Below, in pieces: positions 22,146 to 31,143 of a stretch of 64,000 nucleotides of DNA (position 1 is its first letter; the number at the start of each line of letters is the position of its first letter). The notes beneath the pieces were generated by a model. The model saw only the letters and a program-made list of their open reading frames with translations. It was not told where the DNA came from and made no database searches. Location: the NCBI GenBank assembly GCA_963707935.1, contig CAVPRN010000001.1, forward strand, positions 145,554 to 209,553, written 5' to 3'. The position numbers and the translations under genes are program-made. The DNA comes from an uncultured Acidobacteriota bacterium (GTDB taxonomy: Bacteria; Acidobacteriota; Thermoanaerobaculia; UBA5066; Gp7-AA6).

Positions 22146-23771
22146 TTACGAGCCGGCCGGCGACGCCCGGCGCGCTTCGGCCAGACCGGCCACGCCGGCG
22201 TCGGCGCGGGCCCAGACTTCGCGCAGCTTCGCATACGCCTGCCGAGCCGTCCCCGGATCGCCCGCGGCGGAGGCGGCGCGCGCGAGGCCGAGGAGCGACT
22301 GCGCCCGGCCGGGGGCCCGGGCGAGCGAGGCCTCGAACTCCTTCTGCGCCTCGGCGGGGCGGCCGGTGGCCGCGAGCATTTCGCCCAGAAGCTCGTGCGA
22401 GGGCTTGACGACGTCCGGCGGGCCGAACTCGTAGCTCGTCGCGTCCTCCCGCGCCGCGGCCTCTCTTGCGAGCGCGATCGCCGCGTCCCTCTTCCCCTTC
22501 GCGAAGAGGATCTTCGCCTCGAGGAGCCGCCGCAGGACGGCGTCGGTCGAGGGCCAGCCGGAGGCGTAGGCGCTCGCCGCGCCGCCGTGGGCGTGCGCGG
22601 CGGCGGGCGCGGCGTCGCGCGTCCCCTCGGACATCCGCGCGACCGCCTTTTCCGCGCCGGCCCGGTCTCCGTTCTCGAGCGCCGCGAGCCCGACGGCGAA
22701 GAGATCGAGGTTCCGCGAGAGGAGGTCGTCCGACGAGATCCGGAGGGCCGCCGCGTCCCCCTTCCACCGGCCGGTCTCGACGAGGTAAGCGGCGCGCATG
22801 GTCACCAGGTGCGTGCGCGCGCGGATCGAGCCGCCCTTCCCGGCGTCCGCTTCCATCAGGGCGAGCATGCGCCGCGCCTCTTCGTACCGCCCCTGCTGCA
22901 GGTACGCGTAGCCGAGCCAGGAGAGCGCATGGAAACTGTGGGCGTCGGGGCCGAGCGACTTTCGTTCTGCCCGATCGACGGAGGCCTTCCACGACGCCTC
23001 GTTCGAGGAGGCGACCTCCTCCCACATCCCGGAGGCCAGAAAGATGTGCGACGGCATGTGGAGCGCGTGCGTGGCCGCCGGCGCGATCTTCGCGTAGACC
23101 CGCGCGGCGCGCATGCCGAGCGGCGCGTGGACCGGGTCGTCGTAGGAGTGGATCAGGTAGTGGGCGGCGCCGGGATGCTCCGGGTTCTTCGCGAAGACTT
23201 CCTCGACGCGGGCCGCGGCCTTCATGTACGTCGCCGGGTCCCGTACGCCCTCGCAGGTCCCGAGGAGCGCGAGTGCGTAGAGGCTCTCCGCGTCGAGGTC
23301 GTCGGGGAATTCTTCGGACAGGCGCCGCATCGCCTCGGCGTAGGCGCGGTCGCGTTCCTTCTTCTCGCCGTCGGCGTAGAGCTCCTCGACCGCCGCGAGA
23401 TAAGCCTTCTCGCGCGCAGTCGGGGCTTTCGCCAGGCGTTCCTCCCGAGTCGGAGCGAGCCGCTCGAGCGCCTGCCGCGCAGCGTCGCGATCCCGCTCCA
23501 TCCAGAGCGGATGGTTGTAGGTCATCGCCTCGCCCCAGTACGCCATCGCGAAGCCGGGCTCGATCTCCTCGGCCTTCCGGAATTCCTCGGCGGCGTCCTC
23601 GTACTCGAAGCTGTGGAGGAGGAGCGCCCCGCGCAGGAAGCGCTCCTGCGCGGCCGGGGAACCGGACGTCGGGAAGTCGATCCGCCCGAGGTCGGCCCCC
23701 GGAGAAATGCTCGAAACGGCCGCCGTCAGGCCGAGGGCCAGGATCCACGTCGAAAGCGGCGTTCGGGTCAT
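22146..23771 (-). CDS. Secreted TPR-like helical-repeat protein (conserved hypothetical)
   Basis: 541 aa. Signal peptide MTRTPLSTWILALGLTAAV. Contains LLLHSFEYEDAAEEFRKA and AMAYWGEAMTYNHPLW, and is helical-repeat-rich throughout. Confidence 0.6.
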   Translation of the reverse strand: MTRTPLSTWILALGLTAAVSSISPGADLGRIDFPTSGSPAAQERFLRGALLLHSFEYEDAAEEFRKAEEIEPGFAMAYWGEAMTYNHPLWMERDRDAARQALERLAPTREERLAKAPTAREKAYLAAVEELYADGEKKERDRAYAEAMRRLSEEFPDDLDAESLYALALLGTCEGVRDPATYMKAAARVEEVFAKNPEHPGAAHYLIHSYDDPVHAPLGMRAARVYAKIAPAATHALHMPSHIFLASGMWEEVASSNEASWKASVDRAERKSLGPDAHSFHALSWLGYAYLQQGRYEEARRMLALMEADAGKGGSIRARTHLVTMRAAYLVETGRWKGDAAALRISSDDLLSRNLDLFAVGLAALENGDRAGAEKAVARMSEGTRDAAPAAAHAHGGAASAYASGWPSTDAVLRRLLEAKILFAKGKRDAAIALAREAAAREDATSYEFGPPDVVKPSHELLGEMLAATGRPAEAQKEFEASLARAPGRAQSLLGLARAASAAGDPGTARQAYAKLREVWARADAGVAGLAEARRASPAGS

Positions 23772-24295
23772 TTCCCTTCGATGCGCCGCGTGAGGGCCGG
23801 CACGCGGCCGATCAACCGCGCGTAGAGCGCGAGCTGACCCCGGTGGTACTCCTCGTGCGAAATGCCGTGGCTCATCCAGGCGAAGCGCGAGCCCATCTTT
23901 CCGTCGAACCGGCGGATGAACTGAAACATGTGCAGCTCACCGACCTCCCGGAACCGGCGCTGTCCCTCGGTGTGCGTCTTCTTCAGGGCGTCCAGGAGCT
24001 GGGCTTTCGTGCGCTTGGCCGAAATGCCGCGGCCGTACTCGTGCAGGAATCCCTCGTAGGACTTGCGCTGGAAGTCGCCGTCGGTGCGCGCCAGCTCGCC
24101 GACCATGAGCGTGCCGGATTCGACGATGTGCTGGACGAGCTCGATGACCGTGCGGCTCTTCTCCGACGGCTGGAAGCCGAGATCTTTTTCGGGAAGGGCC
24201 TGGAACTCGTCGATGACCCCTTCCCGCGTGTACTCCCAGGCCTCCAGGGCTTCTTCCAGAAGCGTTGCGTATTCCTTCATGCTCCTCCACTCCAT
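23768..24295 (-). CDS. DinB-family metalloenzyme-fold protein
   Basis: 175 aa. Four-helix-bundle His motifs (LVQHIVES..., HEEYHRGQL). Its stop overlaps the start of the TPR gene (ATGA). Confidence 0.8.
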   Translation of the reverse strand: MEWRSMKEYATLLEEALEAWEYTREGVIDEFQALPEKDLGFQPSEKSRTVIELVQHIVESGTLMVGELARTDGDFQRKSYEGFLHEYGRGISAKRTKAQLLDALKKTHTEGQRRFREVGELHMFQFIRRFDGKMGSRFAWMSHGISHEEYHRGQLALYARLIGRVPALTRRIEGK

Positions 24296-24526
24296 GCGCC
24301 CATTCGCGTTGCCGGGACCCCGGAGCGGGCCGGCCGGCCTTTTGGGCGGCGCAATAGCTTAGTTGACGTCCCCCCAACCGCGAAACGATTCCGGACAACC
24401 GCCGGCGCGTGAATAGAATGGCCCTCCCCCGGGCGGGCGCCAGGCCATGGACGAAAGCCTCCGTCCACGCGATCGGGTTTCTCTACTCGCTCGGCTACCG
24501 GTTCTAGAAACCTTCCCCGGGGCCGG

Positions 24527-27500
24527 CTATTCGTCGGGAGGACCCCAGTCGTCGGCGACGTCCTCCTCCTCTTCCTCTTTCTCCTCCCGCGGGCCCTCCG
24601 GCTCGGAGACCGTCATGAGCCGCACGTAGCCCTTGGCGCCCATGCGATCGTTGAACGCGGGGATCGTCTTCGCGTAGAGCTCCTCGAAATCGCGGCGCGC
24701 CGTCGTCAGGCGCTCCGAGAGGAGCGCGTAGACCTCGAGCTCCGCTTTCGTCGGCGGGAAATCGGCGTTGCCCGAGACGTCGGCTCCGCCGGAGCCGGCC
24801 TCGGCCTGCAGCCAGAGAAGCTGCATGTAGAGACGGAGCGGCCCCCGGAACGACTTCAAGTCCGCTTCCGCGAGCGTGGGCTGCAGGAGCTGGTCCTCGA
24901 CCGCGCGCGCCTGCTTCTCGAGCTCGTCCGCCGCATCGACGTCGGACCGGTCGGCTCGGCCCGCCGAGAGCATCTTTCGGAAATCCTGGAGTTGCTTTCT
25001 CGTCCACTCGAGCCGGTTGATCATGGCCGCGACCGCGTTGGTGTCCCGATAGATCGCGAGAGACAGCTTGGCCGACGCCGCCACGTCCGCGTCCGTCCCG
25101 GAGGAATTGGGATCCTTGCGCACGGCCAGCGTCCGGGCGAGCTCCTGGCCGCCGGCCCGGACCTTCACCGTGTAGGCGCCCGGCTCGACGAGCGGGCCGC
25201 GCATGATGGTCGGCGTGCCGTAGTAGTAGACGTCCCGCCGGTCTTTTCCGCGGAAGCGCTTCTCCTCCCACACGTGCGGGTTTCCGGAGGGCGTCGTGCG
25301 CAGCCGAACTTCGGCCGTCGGCTCGTAGCCGCAGATCCCAGACCACCCGATTCATTCCGGCCTTGTTCGTGCCCTTCAGGGTGCGCACCTTCTCGCCCGC
25401 GGAATCGAAGATCACGAGCTCGACCGCCGGGGTCTTCTTCTCGTCCGTCTTCTCGCCCGCGTCCTTTTTCTCCTCCGGGAGCGGCTTCTCGAGCCAGTAG
25501 TTCACGATCGCGCCGTAGGGAGCGTTCTGGCCGGCGTTGGGACCCGGGCGCGCCAGGTTGGGGCGCGAAACCGACCGGAACCGGTAGGCGGGGCGCGGCT
25601 CGAAGACGTGCAGGCTCGAGGCGCGAACCGCGTCGGAGATCTGCTCGAGCGGCGACACGTCGTCCAGGATGTAGAAGCCGCGCCCGTAGGTCCCCACGAC
25701 GAGGTCCCGGAAGTGTTCCTGGATCGTCAGCCAGTAGACGGGCGCGTGCGGCAGCTTCGACTGGAGCGGCTCCCACCGCGCGCCGTCGTCGAAGGAGACG
25801 TAGAGACCGTTCTCCGTGCCGGCGTAGAGAAGCCCGCGCCGGAAGGGATCTTCGCGCACCACGTGCGCGTAGGAGAGCGGGCTCTTCGGGATACCTCCGG
25901 AGATCGGCTTCCAGGTCTTGCCGAAGTCCGCGGTCCGGTAGAGGAACGGATCCCGGTTGTCCACCTGGTGCAGGTCGACCGAGACGTAGCAGGTGCCGGC
26001 GTCGAAGCGCGACGGCTCGACGCTGCCCACGGTTCCCTTCGGCGGCAGGCCCGGAATGCCCCGTGTCACGTTCTCCCAGTGGGCGCCGCCGTCGCGGGTG
26101 ACCTGGACCTGACCGTCGTTCGTTCCGGCCCAGATCAACCCCTTCTGGATCGGCGATTCCGCGATCGAGAACACGACCCCGGCGTATTCGACGGAGAGGT
26201 TGTCCATCGTGAGGCCCCCGGAATCGCCCATCATCGAGGGGTCGTTCGTCGTCAGGTCCGGGCTGATCGTTTCCCAGCTCTGTCCGCCGTCGGAGGTGCG
26301 GTGCACGAACTGGCTTCCGACGTAGACGGTCTGGTGGTCGTGCGGGGAGATCGCGATCGGAAACGTCCAGTTCATCCGCAGCTTGACCTGCCCCGCATTC
26401 GATCCCATCGTCCGGTCGGGCCACGGGCTGACCGACCGCGTCATCCCCGTCCGGGCGTCGAAGCGCTCGACGACGCCGGCGTAGCAGCCGCCCCAGACGA
26501 CGTTCGGGTCGACCGGGTCGGGAGTGGCCCAGCCGGTCTCGCATCCGGCGGTCGAGGTCCACTGCGCGGGAGAGATCGAGCCGGCGCCCGGCACGTGGCT
26601 CGGGCCGCGGATCGAGCCGTCGTCCTGCATCTGCCCGTACACGAAGTAGGGAATCCGGTTGTCCGTCGCCACGTGGTACATCTGGCCGATCGGGAGGCGC
26701 GTGAAGTTCCACTGCCTTCCCCGGGTCGTCGAGATCATCACGCCGCCGTCGTTGCCGATCATCATCCGGCGCGCGTCCTTCGGGTCGGCCCACATGTCGT
26801 GGTTGTCGCCGCCCCAACCGATCTGCTCGGCCGTCTCGCCGCCGTCGCGCGTGACCCCCATTCCATTGGAGGGGAAATAGACCTCGTTGGCGTTGTCCGG
26901 CATGACGAGCATCCGCGTGTAGTAGTGGGGGCGCTCGTTCAACAGGCGGCTGTGGTTCACGAGCTTCCACTTCTCGCCCGCGTCGTCGGAGCGCCAGAGG
27001 GAGCCCCGGTCTCCGGTCTCGATCAGGGCATAGACGCGGCGGGAATCGCTTTGCGCCACGGCGACCGCGATCTTGCCGAGCGGCGGGTCCGGCAGACCTT
27101 CCGTCAGACGCTTCCAGACCGTTCCGCCGTCGCGGGAAACGAAGACGCCGCTTCCCGGCCCGCCGCTCTTGCGGCCCCAGGTCTTGATGTCGATCTGCCA
27201 GGTCCCCGCGTAGAGGATCCTCGGGTTGTCTGCGTCCATCGCGAGATCGGATGCGCCGGTGTTCTCGTCCACGAAGAGGACCCGTTCCCAGCTCTTCCCG
27301 CCGTCGGTGGTGCGATAGACGCCCCGTTCCGCCTGCGGCCCGTAGCCGGTGCCGAGCGCGGCGGCGAAAACGACGTCGGGATTCCGGGGATCGATGACGA
27401 CGCGGGCGATCCGCCCGGTCTTCTCGAGGCCCATGTGGGTCCAGGTCTTCCCGGCGTCGAGCGACCTGTAGATGCCGTTGCCGAGTGACACGTTGCTCCG

Positions 27501-27872
27501 GATGAACGGCTCGCCGGTCCCGACCCAGACGACGTTCGGATCCGACGGCGCGATCGCGATTGCGCCGATCGATTGCGCCGGCTGGTCGTCGAACACCGGC
27601 TTCCAGTGGATCCCGCCGTCGATCGACTTCCAGACTCCTCCCGACGCGGCGCCGACGTAGCAGGTATTCGGATCTCCCGGCACGCCGACGACGGCGCTCA
27701 CGCGATTTCCGGGAGGGCCGAGGAAACGGTATTTCAGCGCGTCGGTGGAGGCCGCCGGAGGCTTCGCGGCTTTCTCCGGCTCGACAGCCGCGGCCGCGAG
27801 CGGAAGGGCGAGGAGCAGCGCTCCGATCGCTCGCCAGGCGGCCGCCGATCCGAACGGCGTTCTCTTCCTCAC
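24527..27872 (-). pseudogene. Large secreted BNR/Asp-box, sortilin-VPS10-type beta-propeller glycosidase-like protein with one frameshift
   Basis: GTG at 27872 followed by a signal peptide. Repeated S/T-x-D-x-G-x-T/S-W Asp-boxes (SIDGGIHW, SLDAGKTW, TTDGGKSW, SRDGGTVW, SDDAGEKW, TSDGGQSW, TRDGGAHW, TADFGKTW, FDDGARW). The frame shifts near 25325-25333: ...NRVVWDLR / YEPTAEVRLRTTPSGNPHVWEEKRF... continues in the 24527..25273 ORF. Confidence 0.75.
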
Positions 27873-27913
27873 GATCTCACCCCTCTTTCGCTCTCTTCCG
27901 AAACCGCTTTTTG

Positions 27914-29386
27914 TCAGCGCGCCGGCGCACCCGCGGCGGGCGGGAACTTCTGGACGATCCCTCCGGCGCCGCCGCCGCCGACCGCCCGCTCGATCGCATC
28001 GAGCTCGGCCGGAAGGAAGGCCGTGAAGTTCTCGACACCCGACGGCGTGACGACCACGACGTCCTCGTACCGCAGGTAGATGTTCTCCTCCGGCACCCGC
28101 AGCTGCGGATCGACCGAGAACACGACCCCGGGCACGAGCGGCCGGTCGGCGTAGGAGCCGTCGTCGTGGACCGCGAGGCCCACCGGGTGCGAGAAGACGC
28201 CGCCTCCCGTCTCGACGAGCTTCCGCGCGGCCTGCTCGTAGATCGGCGTGGAGAAGCGGGTCCGCGCGAAGACCGGCTCCATCGCCGCCTTCGCCTCCTC
28301 CTGGATCGCCTTCGCGAGGACGCCCGGCCGGATCCGCGAAAGGATCGCGTTCCGGTACGCCAGCACGAAGCCGAGGAGCTCCCGCTGCATGGCGCCGTAT
28401 TTCCCCGAGACCGGCCACACCCGCGCGATGTCGCTCGTGTAGTAGCGATAGTCGGGTGCGTAGTCCATGAGCACGAGGTCGCCGGCCCGGAGCTCGGAGC
28501 CGTTCCGGTAGTAGTGCATGTTCCCGATGTTCTCGGTGCCGGCGGCGGTGATCGAGCGGTAGCCTTCGAGGCGCGCCCCGTTGACGAGGAAGACGTAGCG
28601 CGCCGCGGCGTCGAGCTCGTACTCGAAGACGCCCGGGCGCGTGCTCCGCATGGCTTCGAGAAGGCCCATCCCCGCGAGCTGCGAAGCCCGCCGGATGAGC
28701 GCGACTTCCCGCGGGCTCTTCACGCTCCGCAGCTCGTCCAGGACGGGAGTCAGGTCGCGCACCGTCCCGGACACGGCTCCCTTCGCCGTGCGCGCGCGCA
28801 GGAGCTCCGCCAACCTCGACTCCCGGGAGAGCCTCCCGTCCCACGGGTCGGCCGCGATCGCCGCGTTTCGCGCGAGGAGCTCCCAGCGCTGCTCCGCCGA
28901 GTGCTCGGCCGGCGCGAAAGGCGTCCAGACCGATTCCGGCAGACCGTTCGGCGCGGCTCCGAGCCATTCGCCGCGCATGGACTCCGTCGAAGCGACCGCG
29001 TCGGCCCCCGTCAGCCGCCGCGCGAGGTCCGCGTCGTCGGCCGAGAGGACTTTCCCCTCGGCCGCCTCGAGCTTCGCGTTTCGGGGAGGGAGAAAGAGCG
29101 TCGCCTTGCGGCTCCGCCCGTCGAGCAGAATGTAGGAGCCGGGGGTCTCGATCCCGCAGAGGTAGTAGAAGTCGTTCGCCTGCCGTGGGAAGGCGAAGCC
29201 GCCTCCCGGCGGAGCCCCGGCCACGAGCGCGACTCCCTTCTCGCCGATCTTCTCGAACACCCTCTCCCAGCGCGCGCGGAACTCCTCGGGCGGGAAGTCG
29301 GACTGATACCAGGGCGAGGCCTCGCCCCGCGCGAGCGGTGGGACGATGGCCAGCGCCGCGGCCAGAAGAACACCGAGAGTCCTCAT
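27914..29386 (-). CDS. Xaa-Pro aminopeptidase (M24B) with signal peptide
   Basis: ATG at 29386 after an AGGAGG RBS. MRTLGVLLAAALAIVPPLARG. M24 metal-ligand blocks are DLVLMDYAPDYRYYTSDIARVWP, HPVGLAVHD and LRYEDVVVV. The 1765-aa track ORF is an artefactual upstream extension. Confidence 0.85.
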   Translation of the reverse strand: MRTLGVLLAAALAIVPPLARGEASPWYQSDFPPEEFRARWERVFEKIGEKGVALVAGAPPGGGFAFPRQANDFYYLCGIETPGSYILLDGRSRKATLFLPPRNAKLEAAEGKVLSADDADLARRLTGADAVASTESMRGEWLGAAPNGLPESVWTPFAPAEHSAEQRWELLARNAAIAADPWDGRLSRESRLAELLRARTAKGAVSGTVRDLTPVLDELRSVKSPREVALIRRASQLAGMGLLEAMRSTRPGVFEYELDAAARYVFLVNGARLEGYRSITAAGTENIGNMHYYRNGSELRAGDLVLMDYAPDYRYYTSDIARVWPVSGKYGAMQRELLGFVLAYRNAILSRIRPGVLAKAIQEEAKAAMEPVFARTRFSTPIYEQAARKLVETGGGVFSHPVGLAVHDDGSYADRPLVPGVVFSVDPQLRVPEENIYLRYEDVVVVTPSGVENFTAFLPAELDAIERAVGGGGAGGIVQKFPPAAGAPAR

Positions 29387-29413
29387 TCGACCTCCTGAAA
29401 GCGCGCCGATTCT

Positions 29414-31036
29414 ATGCGCCGTCCCCCTTCCGGGCCCGCGGCGCCCGGTGATATCCTTCCCGGCGTGAGGGTGGTCCTGGTACACGTCCGCGACCCTCAG
29501 TTCTACGCGATTCCGGGAAGCGTGCGCGGCAAGAACGGCCGCCTGCAGGTCATGGGCTTCCCCCCCATCGGCATCATGGTTCTGTCTGCGGTCCTGAAGC
29601 GTGCCGGCCACGAAGTGCGCCTCTTCGACCAGGCGAACCCCGCGACCCCCAACGACGTCATCGTCGCGGATGTCGGCGCCTGGAAGCCGGATCTCGTCGG
29701 CATGAGCTTTCTCTCGACGACGAGCTACCCTCATGCCAAGATCCTCGCCCGTTCCCTCCGGGCGGCATACCCGGACTTGAAGCTCGCGTTCGGCGGCGTC
29801 TTCGCCACGCTGAACGCGGAGCTCGTCAAGAAGCAGGTCCACGAGGTGGATTTCGTGTGCCGCGGAGACGGCGAGCAGCTCCTCCTCGACCTCCTGGACA
29901 ATCTCGAGGACCCCTCCGGGGTCGCCGGCGTGACCTGGCAGGAGCCCGACGGCACGGTGCGCCAGAACCCGCCGCGCCCCCTCGACCGCAATCTCGATCA
30001 GTGGCCCTTCCCGGACCGCGAGAGCCTCGATCTCGACTTCGTCGAGTCCATGCCGCTCGACGTGCCCGTCGTGCTTTCGCGCGATCGTTACACCACCATG
30101 CAGACCTCGCGGGGGTGCCCCTGGCCCTGCGTCTTCTGCGACATCCCCATCTTCAACGAGGGGAAATGGCGCTCGCGCAGTCCCGAGCACGTCGTGGCCG
30201 AGCTCAAGCGGCTCGAAGAGGACGGCTACGGCTCGGTCTACTTCGTGGACGATCACTTTCTTCTCCAGCCCAAGCGCATCGAGGCGATCTGCAAGGGCAT
30301 CGAGCGAGAAGGACTCAAGATCAAATGGGGCTGCGAGGGGCGGGTGGACTCCGTCTGCATGGATCTCTTTCCGGCGATGGCCAGGGCCAACTGCCGCACC
30401 TTGATGTTCGGAATCGAGAGCGGCAGCCAGAAGATCCTCGACCGCCTGAAGAAGGAGCAGACGCTCGCCCAGACGGAAGCCGCGGTCCTCGCCGCGAAGA
30501 AGGCGGGCATCGAGATCGTCCACGGCTTCTTCGTCGTCGGGAACCCCGACGAGACGGAAGAGGACATGGTGGCGACCTTCCGGTTCGCGTCGCGGCTGCC
30601 GCTCGACACGTTCGCCTTCAACCGTCTGTGCGTCTACCGGGGAACGCCGCTCTGGCAGGAGTACCTGCAGCGCGGCCTCGTGAAGGACGAGACCGACTGG
30701 TACAAGTACTTCAAGTGCTCCTCGATCGATCCCACGGTTCTTCCGGGCCCGACGATCCACGCGATCCGCTCCCGCGAGCTGAAACGTCTGATCCTCTACA
30801 AGTTCGTGCGTTATCCTCGCCAGGCTTTCCGCCTCATGCGGCGATTGAGCCAGTCGATGCCGGTCGGCGACATCTTCTACATGCTCGTCAAGCCCTTCCT
30901 CGGAAAGAAGAGCGGCCAGACGAAGGCCGAGGTCCTTTCGCGCGCCGTCGAACACCACGAGTCGATGAGCGCGGCGGCCGAGCGCACGCAGGTCCCGGAG
31001 GAGGCGCTGGCGGGAGTTTTCGCTCCGCCGAGCTGA
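29414..31036 (+). CDS. B12-binding-domain radical SAM enzyme
   Basis: N-terminal cobalamin-binding-type domain (PPIGIMVLSAVLKRAGHEV..DLVGMS) and the radical SAM cluster motif SRGCPWPCVFCD. The start may instead be the GTG at 29465. Confidence 0.85.
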   Translation: MRRPPSGPAAPGDILPGVRVVLVHVRDPQFYAIPGSVRGKNGRLQVMGFPPIGIMVLSAVLKRAGHEVRLFDQANPATPNDVIVADVGAWKPDLVGMSFLSTTSYPHAKILARSLRAAYPDLKLAFGGVFATLNAELVKKQVHEVDFVCRGDGEQLLLDLLDNLEDPSGVAGVTWQEPDGTVRQNPPRPLDRNLDQWPFPDRESLDLDFVESMPLDVPVVLSRDRYTTMQTSRGCPWPCVFCDIPIFNEGKWRSRSPEHVVAELKRLEEDGYGSVYFVDDHFLLQPKRIEAICKGIEREGLKIKWGCEGRVDSVCMDLFPAMARANCRTLMFGIESGSQKILDRLKKEQTLAQTEAAVLAAKKAGIEIVHGFFVVGNPDETEEDMVATFRFASRLPLDTFAFNRLCVYRGTPLWQEYLQRGLVKDETDWYKYFKCSSIDPTVLPGPTIHAIRSRELKRLILYKFVRYPRQAFRLMRRLSQSMPVGDIFYMLVKPFLGKKSGQTKAEVLSRAVEHHESMSAAAERTQVPEEALAGVFAPPS

Positions 31037-31143
31037 TCCGCGGCGGCAGCGGCGGCGACCGACCGCCGCGCCCCCAAGTCCGCAGGCGCCTCCCGAACGG
31101 CGGGCCGACTCCACCCGGGAAAGAGCCGGCGGACCGGCGCGCT

